17,766 bases of DNA, from positions 1 to 17,766 of the forward strand of contig JBGAQA010000124.1 of assembly GCA_044220955.1 (NCBI GenBank), in the 5' to 3' direction. Under the pieces are notes generated by a model, which was not told where the DNA came from, made no database searches, and saw nothing but the letters and a program-made list of their open reading frames with translations. A program made the position numbers and the translations under genes. This DNA is from Sandaracinaceae bacterium. GTDB taxonomy: Bacteria > Myxococcota_A > Polyangia > Polyangiales > Sandaracinaceae. The first letter of the stretch is position 1, and every line of letters starts with the position of its first letter. Below, in pieces: positions 8,633 to 15,070 of this stretch.

Positions 8633-9970
8633 ATGAGTCGATCGCCCACGGCTTCCCTCCCTTGTGCCGCGGACCGCTCTGGCTGGCTCGATCGTGTTCT
8701 GCGCGTTCTCTCCGACGTGCGCGCGGGCGAGGCGCTCACGGCGGTGCTCTTCTCGTCGTCGCTCTTCGTGGGGCTCTTCGCGTACTACGTGCTCAAGACG
8801 CTGCGCGAGCCGCTGATCCTCGCGACGGGCGGCGCCGAGGTGCGCAGCTACGCGACGGGCGCGCAGGCCCTCGTGCTCATGGCCCTCATCCCCGCGTACG
8901 GCTGGGTCGCCCGGCGGGTGGATCGGGCCAAGCTCGTGCTCGGAACGAGCGCGTTCTTCCTGGTCTGCCTCGAGCTCTTCGCGCTGCTCGCGCACTTCGA
9001 GGTGCCCTACGTCGGCATCGCGTTCTACGTCTGGCTCGGCGTGTTCGTCCTGAGCTCCGTCGCGCAGGTCTGGTCGCTCGCGAACGACCTCTACCCCAAG
9101 GCCCAGGGGCAGCGGCTCTTCCCGATCGTCGCGCTCGGGGCGCCGCTCGGCTCCGCGCTCGGTGCCCTCGCGGCCGGGCATCTCTTCTCCGGGGGCCTCG
9201 CCATCCCCCTCCTCATGCAGCTCGCCGCGCTGCTGCTCCTCGTCCAGCTCGGGCTCCTGGCCCTCATCGTCCGCCGTCCGGAGGCCCACGCCGTCCCCGC
9301 CGCGCCGCTCACCGATCGCGGAGGTTTCGCGCTCGTCGTGAGCGACGCGTACCTGCGCGAGATCGCCGCGCTGCTCGTGGTGCTCAACCTCGTCAACACG
9401 ACGGGCGAGTACCTGCTCTCGCGGGCGGTGCTCGGCGAGGCGGCAAACGCGCTCGCGGCAGCGGGAGCCGTCGCCGACCCGGCGGCGTTCCGCGCCGACT
9501 TCCTGCGGCAAACGTACGGCGACTTCTACTTCGTCGTGAACGTCGGGTCGGTGCTCTTGCAGGCGCTCGTCGCCTCGCGCCTGGTTCGCCGCTTCGGCCT
9601 GCGCGGCGCGCTCTTCGCGCTCCCCTTGGTCGCGCTCGGCGTGTACGGCGCGATGGCCGCGAGCGTGTCGTTCGTCGTGCTGCGCGCCCTGAAGGTCGCC
9701 GAGAACGCGACCGACTACTCGCTCGAGAACACCGCGAAGGCCCTGCTCTGGCTGCCGACGTCGCGCGACGTGAAGTACAAGGCCAAGCAGACCGTGGACG
9801 CGTTCTTCGTGCGCCTGGGCGACGTGCTCGCCGCGCTGGTCGTGTTCGTGTTCGCCGACCGGCTCGCGCTCGCCACCGACCACGTCGCGATGGTCAACGC
9901 CGGGCTCGCGCTGCTGGCGATCGTGCTCGCCGTGCGGGTCGCGCGTCGCCACGACGGCCTGCCGGCCTGA
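8633..9970 (+). CDS. TLC/NTT-like (NTP/NDP exchange, ATP:ADP antiporter-related) MFS-fold transporter
   Basis: About 12 hydrophobic segments. Family motifs YYVLKTLREPLIL, FYVWLGVF..AQVWSLANDLY..QRLFP, ENATDYSLENTAK.LLWLP..KYKAKQTVD.FFVRLGD. Start trimmed from 8003 to ATG 8633. Confidence 0.85.
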   Translation: MSRSPTASLPCAADRSGWLDRVLRVLSDVRAGEALTAVLFSSSLFVGLFAYYVLKTLREPLILATGGAEVRSYATGAQALVLMALIPAYGWVARRVDRAKLVLGTSAFFLVCLELFALLAHFEVPYVGIAFYVWLGVFVLSSVAQVWSLANDLYPKAQGQRLFPIVALGAPLGSALGALAAGHLFSGGLAIPLLMQLAALLLLVQLGLLALIVRRPEAHAVPAAPLTDRGGFALVVSDAYLREIAALLVVLNLVNTTGEYLLSRAVLGEAANALAAAGAVADPAAFRADFLRQTYGDFYFVVNVGSVLLQALVASRLVRRFGLRGALFALPLVALGVYGAMAASVSFVVLRALKVAENATDYSLENTAKALLWLPTSRDVKYKAKQTVDAFFVRLGDVLAALVVFVFADRLALATDHVAMVNAGLALLAIVLAVRVARRHDGLPA

Positions 9971-9971
9971 G

Positions 9972-9993
9972 CCTCGCCCTCGCCCTCGCCCTC
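9972..9993 (+). repeat. Short hexamer tandem repeat (CCTCGC)x3.7
   Basis: cctcgc cctcgc cctcgc cctc directly after the transporter stop codon. Confidence 0.6.
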
Positions 9994-10002
9994 CGCCGGC
10001 GC

Positions 10003-10008
10003 TATCGT
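10003..10008 (+). promoter_or_regulatory. Putative -10 element (TATCGT) for a leaderless thiS transcript
   Basis: TANNNT hexamer 7 nt before GTG 10016; no SD in between. Confidence 0.45.
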
Positions 10009-10015
10009 CGGCGCC

Positions 10016-10216
10016 GTGCAGGTCGAGGTGAACGGTGAGAAGCGTGAGGTCGCCGAGCGCGCGACGGTGACGGCGCTGCTCGAGGCGCTCGGCCTCGGCA
10101 CCACGCTGGTGGCGGTCGAGCGGAACGGCGAGATCGTCCCGCGGGCGCGCCACGCGGCGACCGAGCTCGCCGACGGGGACAAGGTCGAGGTGGTCCACTT
10201 CGTGGGCGGTGGGTGA
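10016..10216 (+). CDS. thiS: Sulfur carrier protein ThiS
   Basis: 66 aa, VNGE...[12 protein letters not shown]...[13 protein letters not shown] with C-terminal GG; directly upstream of thiG. Confidence 0.96.
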   Translation: MQVEVNGEKREVAERATVTALLEALGLGTTLVAVERNGEIVPRARHAATELADGDKVEVVHFVGGG

Positions 10217-10217
10217 G

Positions 10218-10997
10218 ATGACGGACGACGCGCTGACGATCGGCGGAAAGACGCTGCGCTCCCGGCTCTTCGTGGGCACGGGCAAGTACAAGGACATGGC
10301 CGAGACGCGCGCCGCCATCGAGGCCTCGGGGGCCGACGTGGTGACGGTCGCCGTCCGCAGGGTCGACGTCGGCAAGGACGCCGAGCTCGGCAAGTTCCTC
10401 GTCTCGGGCGGCTACACGATCCTGCCGAACACGGCCGGCTGCTACGACGTGGAGACCACCGTGCGCGTCGCGCGCCTGGCCCGCGAGATGCTCGGGACGC
10501 CCCTCGTGAAGCTCGAGGTCATCGGCGACGCCGAGACGCTCTTCCCCGACGTACCGGGCACGCTCGAGGCGGCGAAGATCCTCGTGAAGGAGGGCTTCGT
10601 CGTGCTGCCCTACACGACCGATGATCCGATCACCGCCAAGCGGCTCGAGGATCTCGGGTGCGCCGCCGTCATGCCGCTCGCCGCCCCGATCGGCAGCGGC
10701 CTCGGGATCCGCAACCCCTACAACCTCGAGATCATCCTCACGCGCGCGAAGATCCCCGTGATCGTGGACGCGGGCGTCGGGACGGCCAGCGACGCGGCCA
10801 TCGCGATGGAGATGGGCTGCGACGGCGTGCTCATGAACACGGCGATCGCGGGCGCGAAGGACCCCGTGCTCATGGCGAGCGCGATGCGCAAGGGCGTCGA
10901 GGCGGGGCGCGAGGCGTTTCGCGCGGGCCGCATCCCGAGGAAGCTCTTCGCGACGGCCTCGTCTCCGATCGCAGGCGTCGTCGGCAGCAAGCTCTGA
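10218..10997 (+). CDS. thiG: Thiazole synthase ThiG
   Basis: [68 protein letters not shown] 10218 is 1 nt after the thiS stop. Confidence 0.97.
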   Translation: MTDDALTIGGKTLRSRLFVGTGKYKDMAETRAAIEASGADVVTVAVRRVDVGKDAELGKFLVSGGYTILPNTAGCYDVETTVRVARLAREMLGTPLVKLEVIGDAETLFPDVPGTLEAAKILVKEGFVVLPYTTDDPITAKRLEDLGCAAVMPLAAPIGSGLGIRNPYNLEIILTRAKIPVIVDAGVGTASDAAIAMEMGCDGVLMNTAIAGAKDPVLMASAMRKGVEAGREAFRAGRIPRKLFATASSPIAGVVGSKL

Positions 10998-11242
10998 TGC
11001 GCGCGCTCCTGTTCACCGGCCTGTTCCTCGCGCCGTTCCAGTGCGCGTCACAGCCACCTCCCGATCGGGCGCGCGAGGACACGCCGGGTGACGCCGTCTA
11101 CGGGCTCGCGCAGCAGTTCGGCGAGCACGGCGACGAGGCGGCGGAGCGCGAGGCGATGCAGTACCTCCTCGAGCGCTACCCGGACTCGAGGCACTGCGAG
11201 GCGGCGCGCATCTGGCTGGCCGAGCACCCCGCCCCGCAGTGA
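10997..11242 (+). CDS. Small exported, possibly lipid-anchored, TPR-like protein (81 aa)
   Basis: ATG overlaps the thiG stop (TGATG) and its stop overlaps the next GTG. Hydrophobic N-terminus ending FQC; TPR-like helix pair AVYGLAQQF...YLLERYPDS. It is the C-terminal part of track ORF 10658..11242. Confidence 0.75.
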   Translation: MRALLFTGLFLAPFQCASQPPPDRAREDTPGDAVYGLAQQFGEHGDEAAEREAMQYLLERYPDSRHCEAARIWLAEHPAPQ

Positions 11243-11850
11243 GAGCGCCCTTCGACGTGATGGTGATCGTCGACCCGCGCGCGGCGGGGGTGCTCGAGGC
11301 GCTCGCGCGCCTGGCCGCCGCGACGAGCGGCGAGCGCATCGCCGTGCAGCTCAGGGCGAAGGACGCGAGCGACGCGGCGCTCATCGACCTCGCGCGCGAG
11401 GTCTCCGCGGTGTTGCCCGCGATGTCGCGACTGCTCGTGAACGGGCGCTTGTCCGTCGCGCGCGCGGTCGCGGCGGACGGCGTGCACCTGCCCGAGGCGG
11501 GCGAGCCGGTCGCGCTCGCGCGCGCCGCGCTCGAGGCCGGCGCGCTGGTGGGGTGCTCGTGCCACGACGCCGCGGGCGCGGCGCGGCGCTTCGAGCAGGG
11601 CGCGGACTACGTGCTCCTCGGCCCGCTCGGCCACGTGCCGGGCAAGCCTGCCCTGCCCGCGGAGGCGTTCGCGGCCGCGGCGCGCGCTGCGGGCGGCCCG
11701 GTCCTGGCGCTCGGCGGCATCGCGGACGAGGCCGGCGCCGATCGCGCGCTCGCGCTCGGCGCCTCGGGCGTCGCGCTCACGCGCGCCCTGCTCGATCCGG
11801 CCGCGCCGGCGTGGATCGCCCGCTGGCTCGCGCGTAGGCTCGCCGCGTGA
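11239..11850 (+). CDS. Thiamine-phosphate synthase/TenI family (TMP-TENI) protein, divergent
   Basis: VQLRAKD, LLVNGR, DGVHLP, VGCSCH, ADYVLLGP, VLALGGI; lies in the thi operon. Several ThiE catalytic-motif residues differ (see findings). Confidence 0.85.
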   Translation: MRAPFDVMVIVDPRAAGVLEALARLAAATSGERIAVQLRAKDASDAALIDLAREVSAVLPAMSRLLVNGRLSVARAVAADGVHLPEAGEPVALARAALEAGALVGCSCHDAAGAARRFEQGADYVLLGPLGHVPGKPALPAEAFAAAARAAGGPVLALGGIADEAGADRALALGASGVALTRALLDPAAPAWIARWLARRLAA

Positions 11851-12419
11851 GCGACGCCCTCGCGCGCATCCTCGATCGGATCGATGCGGTGCACGCGGCC
11901 GACCCTTCGCGCCACGAGGGCCGACCGCGCGAGCTGGTGTACGCGGAGCGCATGACGCGCTGGCTCGACGCGCTCGCGCCCGGCGCGAGCGACGCGCTCC
12001 GGATCGCGGTCCGAGCGCAGCACCTCGGGCGCTGGCGCTCACCGCGGGAGGCGTTCCCCGAGGGACGCGTCGGCTACCTGAAGTGGCGCAAGGAGGCAGG
12101 CGAGCGGCACGCCGCAGAAGTGCGCGCGATCCTGCTCGGCGCGGGGCAGAGCGAAGCCCTGGCCGAGCGCGTCGCGGCCCTCGTGATGAAGAAGGACCGC
12201 GCGCGCGATCCCGAGTCGCAGACGCTCGAGGACTGCGCGTGCCTCGTCTTCCTCGAGCTCGACTACGCGGACTTCGCGTCCAAGCAGGGCGACGACGCGA
12301 AGGTGATCGACGTCCTGAGGAAGACCTGGGGAAAGATGTCGCCGCGCGCGCGCGCCGAGGCCCTGGAGCTCGCGCTCGAGGGCCGGCCACGCGCGCTGGT
12401 CACGGCCGCGCTCGCGTGA
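11847..12419 (+). CDS. DUF4202 family protein
   Basis: IDAVHAADP, ELVYAERM..WL, AVRAQHLGRW..PR..FPEGRVGYLKWR, QTLEDCACLVFLE, VLRKTWGKMS. GTGA overlap with the upstream gene. Confidence 0.85.
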   Translation: MSDALARILDRIDAVHAADPSRHEGRPRELVYAERMTRWLDALAPGASDALRIAVRAQHLGRWRSPREAFPEGRVGYLKWRKEAGERHAAEVRAILLGAGQSEALAERVAALVMKKDRARDPESQTLEDCACLVFLELDYADFASKQGDDAKVIDVLRKTWGKMSPRARAEALELALEGRPRALVTAALA

Positions 12420-12458
12420 GGCGTCGTCGACCGACCGGAGCGCTGGCGACGCAGGGCG

Positions 12459-13421
12459 TCAGCTCGCGACGACCACGCGGTCGCGCCCCTGCTCCTTGGC
12501 GCGGTAGAGGGCCGCGTCCGCCCGGGCGATCAGGGCGTCGCGCACCTCGCCCGGGCGACGCTCGGCGACGCCGAGCGAGAGCGTGACGGTCACCGGCTCC
12601 TTCGGGACGCGCAGCGGCGACATCCGCACGGCGAGCCGCGCACGCTCGGCGACGCCCTGCGCGCGCCCGCGGTCGGTACCCGGCAGCACCAGCAGGATCT
12701 CCTCGCCCCCGTAGCGGACCACCGCGTCTCCCGCGCGCACGACCCCGCCGAGGATGGTGGTCACGTGCTTGAGCACGAGATCGCCGACCGCGTGGCCGTG
12801 CGTGTCGTTGACGCGCTTGAAGTGGTCGATGTCGGCGAGCACGACCGACACGGTCGCGTCGGGCGCCGCGTCGACCGGGAACGTCTCGTCGAGCCCGCGG
12901 CGGTTGAGCGCCCCGGTGAGCGGATCGGCGCGAGAGAGCCGCGCGAGGCGCGCGATCTCGACGTAGGGCGCGCAGAGCGCCGCGACGAGGACGAGGAGGC
13001 GCTCGTGCTCCTCGGTGAACGGGACGCCGGCACCACCGACGGCGCTCAGGACGCCGGTGACGTGCGCCCCGGCGCGGATGGGGACGCCGAGGAACGAGCC
13101 GAGCCGCTCGCTCATCGACGCGCGCGCGACGTAGCTGGGGTGCTGCTCGGGCTCGTTCGTGCGGACGACGCGCCCCGTCGCGGCGACGTGCCCGAGCAGC
13201 CCCTCGCCGACGCGGAAGTCCTCGTGCCGCGCATGCACCGGCTCTCCCGCGCGCGCGATGGCGAGCAGGTGCGTGTGCGTCGGGTTCAAGAGGCGCACGC
13301 TCACGCGCGGCGTTCCGAGGATCTCCGCGCTCCGATCGGCGATGAGCGAGAGGAGCGCCTCGAGCGAGTGCCGCCCCGTCATCTCCTCGGCCAGGCGGGT
13401 GACGGCGGTGAGAGCGTCCAC
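12459..13421 (-). CDS. GAF-domain sensor diguanylate cyclase (GAF-GGDEF)
   Basis: GAF: GEGLLGHVAATG...SFLGVPI...GVLSA..FTEEHERLL. GGDEF: DPLTGALNRR, DIDHFKRVNDTHGHAVGD, RAGD (I-site) then AVVRY-GGEEI, ADAALYRAKEQGRDRV. Start placed at GTG 13421 (track gives 13436). Confidence 0.93.
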   Translation of the reverse strand: MDALTAVTRLAEEMTGRHSLEALLSLIADRSAEILGTPRVSVRLLNPTHTHLLAIARAGEPVHARHEDFRVGEGLLGHVAATGRVVRTNEPEQHPSYVARASMSERLGSFLGVPIRAGAHVTGVLSAVGGAGVPFTEEHERLLVLVAALCAPYVEIARLARLSRADPLTGALNRRGLDETFPVDAAPDATVSVVLADIDHFKRVNDTHGHAVGDLVLKHVTTILGGVVRAGDAVVRYGGEEILLVLPGTDRGRAQGVAERARLAVRMSPLRVPKEPVTVTLSLGVAERRPGEVRDALIARADAALYRAKEQGRDRVVVAS

Positions 13422-13427
13422 GCGTCC

Positions 13428-13433
13428 ACTGTA
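13428..13433 (-). promoter_or_regulatory. Putative -10 element (TACAGT) for a leaderless GAF-GGDEF transcript
   Basis: Minus strand reads TACAGT-ggacgc-GTG(13421). Confidence 0.5.
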
Positions 13434-13445
13434 CACAGGTTCGAT

Positions 13446-13477
13446 TTGACGCCGTGCGGGTTCGTGCGTTACACGAT
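13446..13477 (+). promoter_or_regulatory. Putative sigma70-type promoter of the trp leader/operon
   Basis: TTGACG at 13446-13451 and an AT-richer TACACGAT at 13470-13477, ending 6 nt before GTG 13484. The -35/-10 spacing (18-20 nt) is not ideal. Confidence 0.5.
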
Positions 13478-13483
13478 CCGAGC

Positions 13484-13585
13484 GTGCTCGTCCCCTGCAC
13501 CTCCGGCCACATCGCCCTCCCCGGCGCCGCGAACGCGGCGTCGCGCTGGTATTGGCGTCTGCCGGAGGTGGCTCTGGGCGGCTGA
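13484..13585 (+). CDS. Putative trp operon leader peptide (TrpL-like), 33 aa: MLVPCTSGHIALPGAANAASRWYWRLPEVALGG
   Basis: GTG 13484 to TGA 13583-13585. Trp codons at 13547-13549 and 13553-13555. Ends 99 nt before trpE and overlaps the first of the alternative helices. Confidence 0.75.
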   Translation: MLVPCTSGHIALPGAANAASRWYWRLPEVALGG

Positions 13586-13678
13586 CGCGAGACGTTCTCC
13601 CCCCAGTAGCTCCACCTCCGGCGCCGCCGGTGGTGGATCGCTCCCGATCGCCGCCGGCTGCGCCTCGAACCCCGAGGC
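13561..13678 (+). promoter_or_regulatory. Putative attenuator RNA with alternative helices 1:2, 2:3, 3:4 and an SD-sequestering hairpin
   Basis: 1:2 = 13561-13571/13612-13622 (11 perfect bp). 2:3 = 13611-13622/13626-13637 (11 of 12). 3:4 = 13626-13640/13645-13658 (14 bp including 2 G-U and 1 bulge). GCCTCG 13662-13667 pairs with CGAGGC 13673-13678, covering the GAGG SD. Confidence 0.7.
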
Positions 13679-13684
13679 CCCCCG

Positions 13685-15070
13685 ATGCGACCGACGCCCT
13701 TCGACATCCCCGCCGACCTGGACACGCCAGTGTCCGCGTTCCGCAAGCTCGCGCCGTTCCGCCCTCGCTACCTGCTCGAGTCGGTGGAGGGCGGCGAGCG
13801 GCTCGGCCGCCACAGCTTCATCGGCTTCGGCGAGGCGATGGAGGTGCGCCTCGAGGCAGGCCTGCTCACCATCGACGGCACCTCCGTGCCGCTCGCCGAC
13901 GGGCGTGACGCGCTGCTGCACGCGCTGCGCGGCGCCCTCGCCCGCGCACCACGGCCTCGCGCGGGCGAGGCACGGCTGCCCTTCGCCGGCGGGCTCGTCG
14001 GCGCCATGGGCTTCGAGCTCGCGCGCCGCCTGGTCCGAGTACGCTCGCCGCGGCACGCCGCTTCCGGCCCGGAGCTCGCCCTCTCGGGGACGCGCTCGGT
14101 GCTCGTGTTCGATCACGTCGCGCGGCGCTGCGCCGTGCTCCACGACGGCGACGAGGTCGAGCGCGCGAGCCTGCGCCGCGAGGTGATCGCCGCGCTCCGA
14201 GGACCGCTCGCGGCACCGCGGGTGCGCACGCGCGTCGGGCCGTCGACCGCGTCGATGAGCGAGCCCGAGGCGCTCGCCGCGATCGCTCGCGCGCAGGAGC
14301 ACATCCGCGCCGGCGACGTCTTCCAGCTGGTCCTCTCCCTCGCCCACGAGGGCGAGGCGCAGATCGATCCCTTCGAGGCCTACCGCGCCCTGCGCCTCAC
14401 GAACCCGTCGCCCTACATGTTCTTCCAGGACTTCGGCGACGTGCAGCTGGCCGGCAGCTCGCCCGAGGCGCTCGTCCGCCTCGAGGGGCGCACCGCGCAC
14501 CTGCGCCCCATCGCAGGCACCCGGCCGCGCGGCGAGACTCAGGACGACGACGATGCGCTCGCCCGCGAGCTCTTGGCCGACGACAAGGAGCTGGCCGAGC
14601 ACGTGATGCTCGTCGATCTCGCGCGCAACGACGTGGGTCGCGTGGCGACGACCGGCTCGGTGGTGGTCGAGCCCTACCGGACGATCGAGCGCTACAGCCA
14701 CGTGATGCACACCGTGAGCGGCGTGCGCGGCACGCTCGCGGACGGCAAGGACGCCTTCGATCTCTTCGCCGCGGCGTTCCCGGCCGGGACCGTGAGCGGG
14801 GCGCCCAAGGCGCGCGCGCTAGAGCTCATCGACGCGATCGAGCCCTGCGCGCGCGGCTTCTACGCCGGGACCGTCGGGTACTTCGGCCACGGAAGCGTCA
14901 GCGACCACGCGCTCGCGATCCGCTCGATCTCGTTCGGTGAGGGCCGCTATCGATACCAGGCGGGCGCCGGCATCGTGGAGGCGAGCCGACCCGAGGCCGA
15001 GATCGCCGAGATGCACGCCAAGACGGCGGTGATGAAGGGCGCGCTCCGGCTCGCCGAGGAGGGGCTCTGA
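13685..15070 (+). CDS. trpE: Anthranilate synthase component I
   Basis: DLDTPVSAF, YLLESVEGG (LLES) and NPSPYMF Trp-feedback motifs, GSSPE, PIAGTRPRG, KELAEHVMLVDLARND, FPAGTVSGAPK, QAGAGIV; heads the trp operon. Confidence 0.95.
   Translation: MRPTPFDIPADLDTPVSAFRKLAPFRPRYLLESVEGGERLGRHSFIGFGEAMEVRLEAGLLTIDGTSVPLADGRDALLHALRGALARAPRPRAGEARLPFAGGLVGAMGFELARRLVRVRSPRHAASGPELALSGTRSVLVFDHVARRCAVLHDGDEVERASLRREVIAALRGPLAAPRVRTRVGPSTASMSEPEALAAIARAQEHIRAGDVFQLVLSLAHEGEAQIDPFEAYRALRLTNPSPYMFFQDFGDVQLAGSSPEALVRLEGRTAHLRPIAGTRPRGETQDDDDALARELLADDKELAEHVMLVDLARNDVGRVATTGSVVVEPYRTIERYSHVMHTVSGVRGTLADGKDAFDLFAAAFPAGTVSGAPKARALELIDAIEPCARGFYAGTVGYFGHGSVSDHALAIRSISFGEGRYRYQAGAGIVEASRPEAEIAEMHAKTAVMKGALRLAEEGL

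Noticed and set aside
8569..10015. Possible TPP riboswitch upstream of the transporter or thiS
   Set aside because: The gaps are only 64 and 45 nt, and the conserved CUGAGA and ACCUG core elements are not present in them.
8513..10393. ORFs 8513..10393 (-) and 8662..10038 (+)
   Set aside because: Shadows of the transporter and thiS/thiG, with no recognisable domains.
12421..12452. Hairpin between the convergent DUF4202 and GGDEF stops
   Set aside because: A 9-bp stem with G-U pairs, a large loop and no U-tract on either strand; too weak to call a terminator at this GC content.
12400..14710. ORFs 12400..13746 (-), 12765..14186 (+), 13469..14710 (-) and 13552..13908 (+) crossing the trp leader
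   Set aside because: Low-complexity shadow frames overlapping GGDEF and trpE. The Trp-containing 13484-13585 frame explains the region better.
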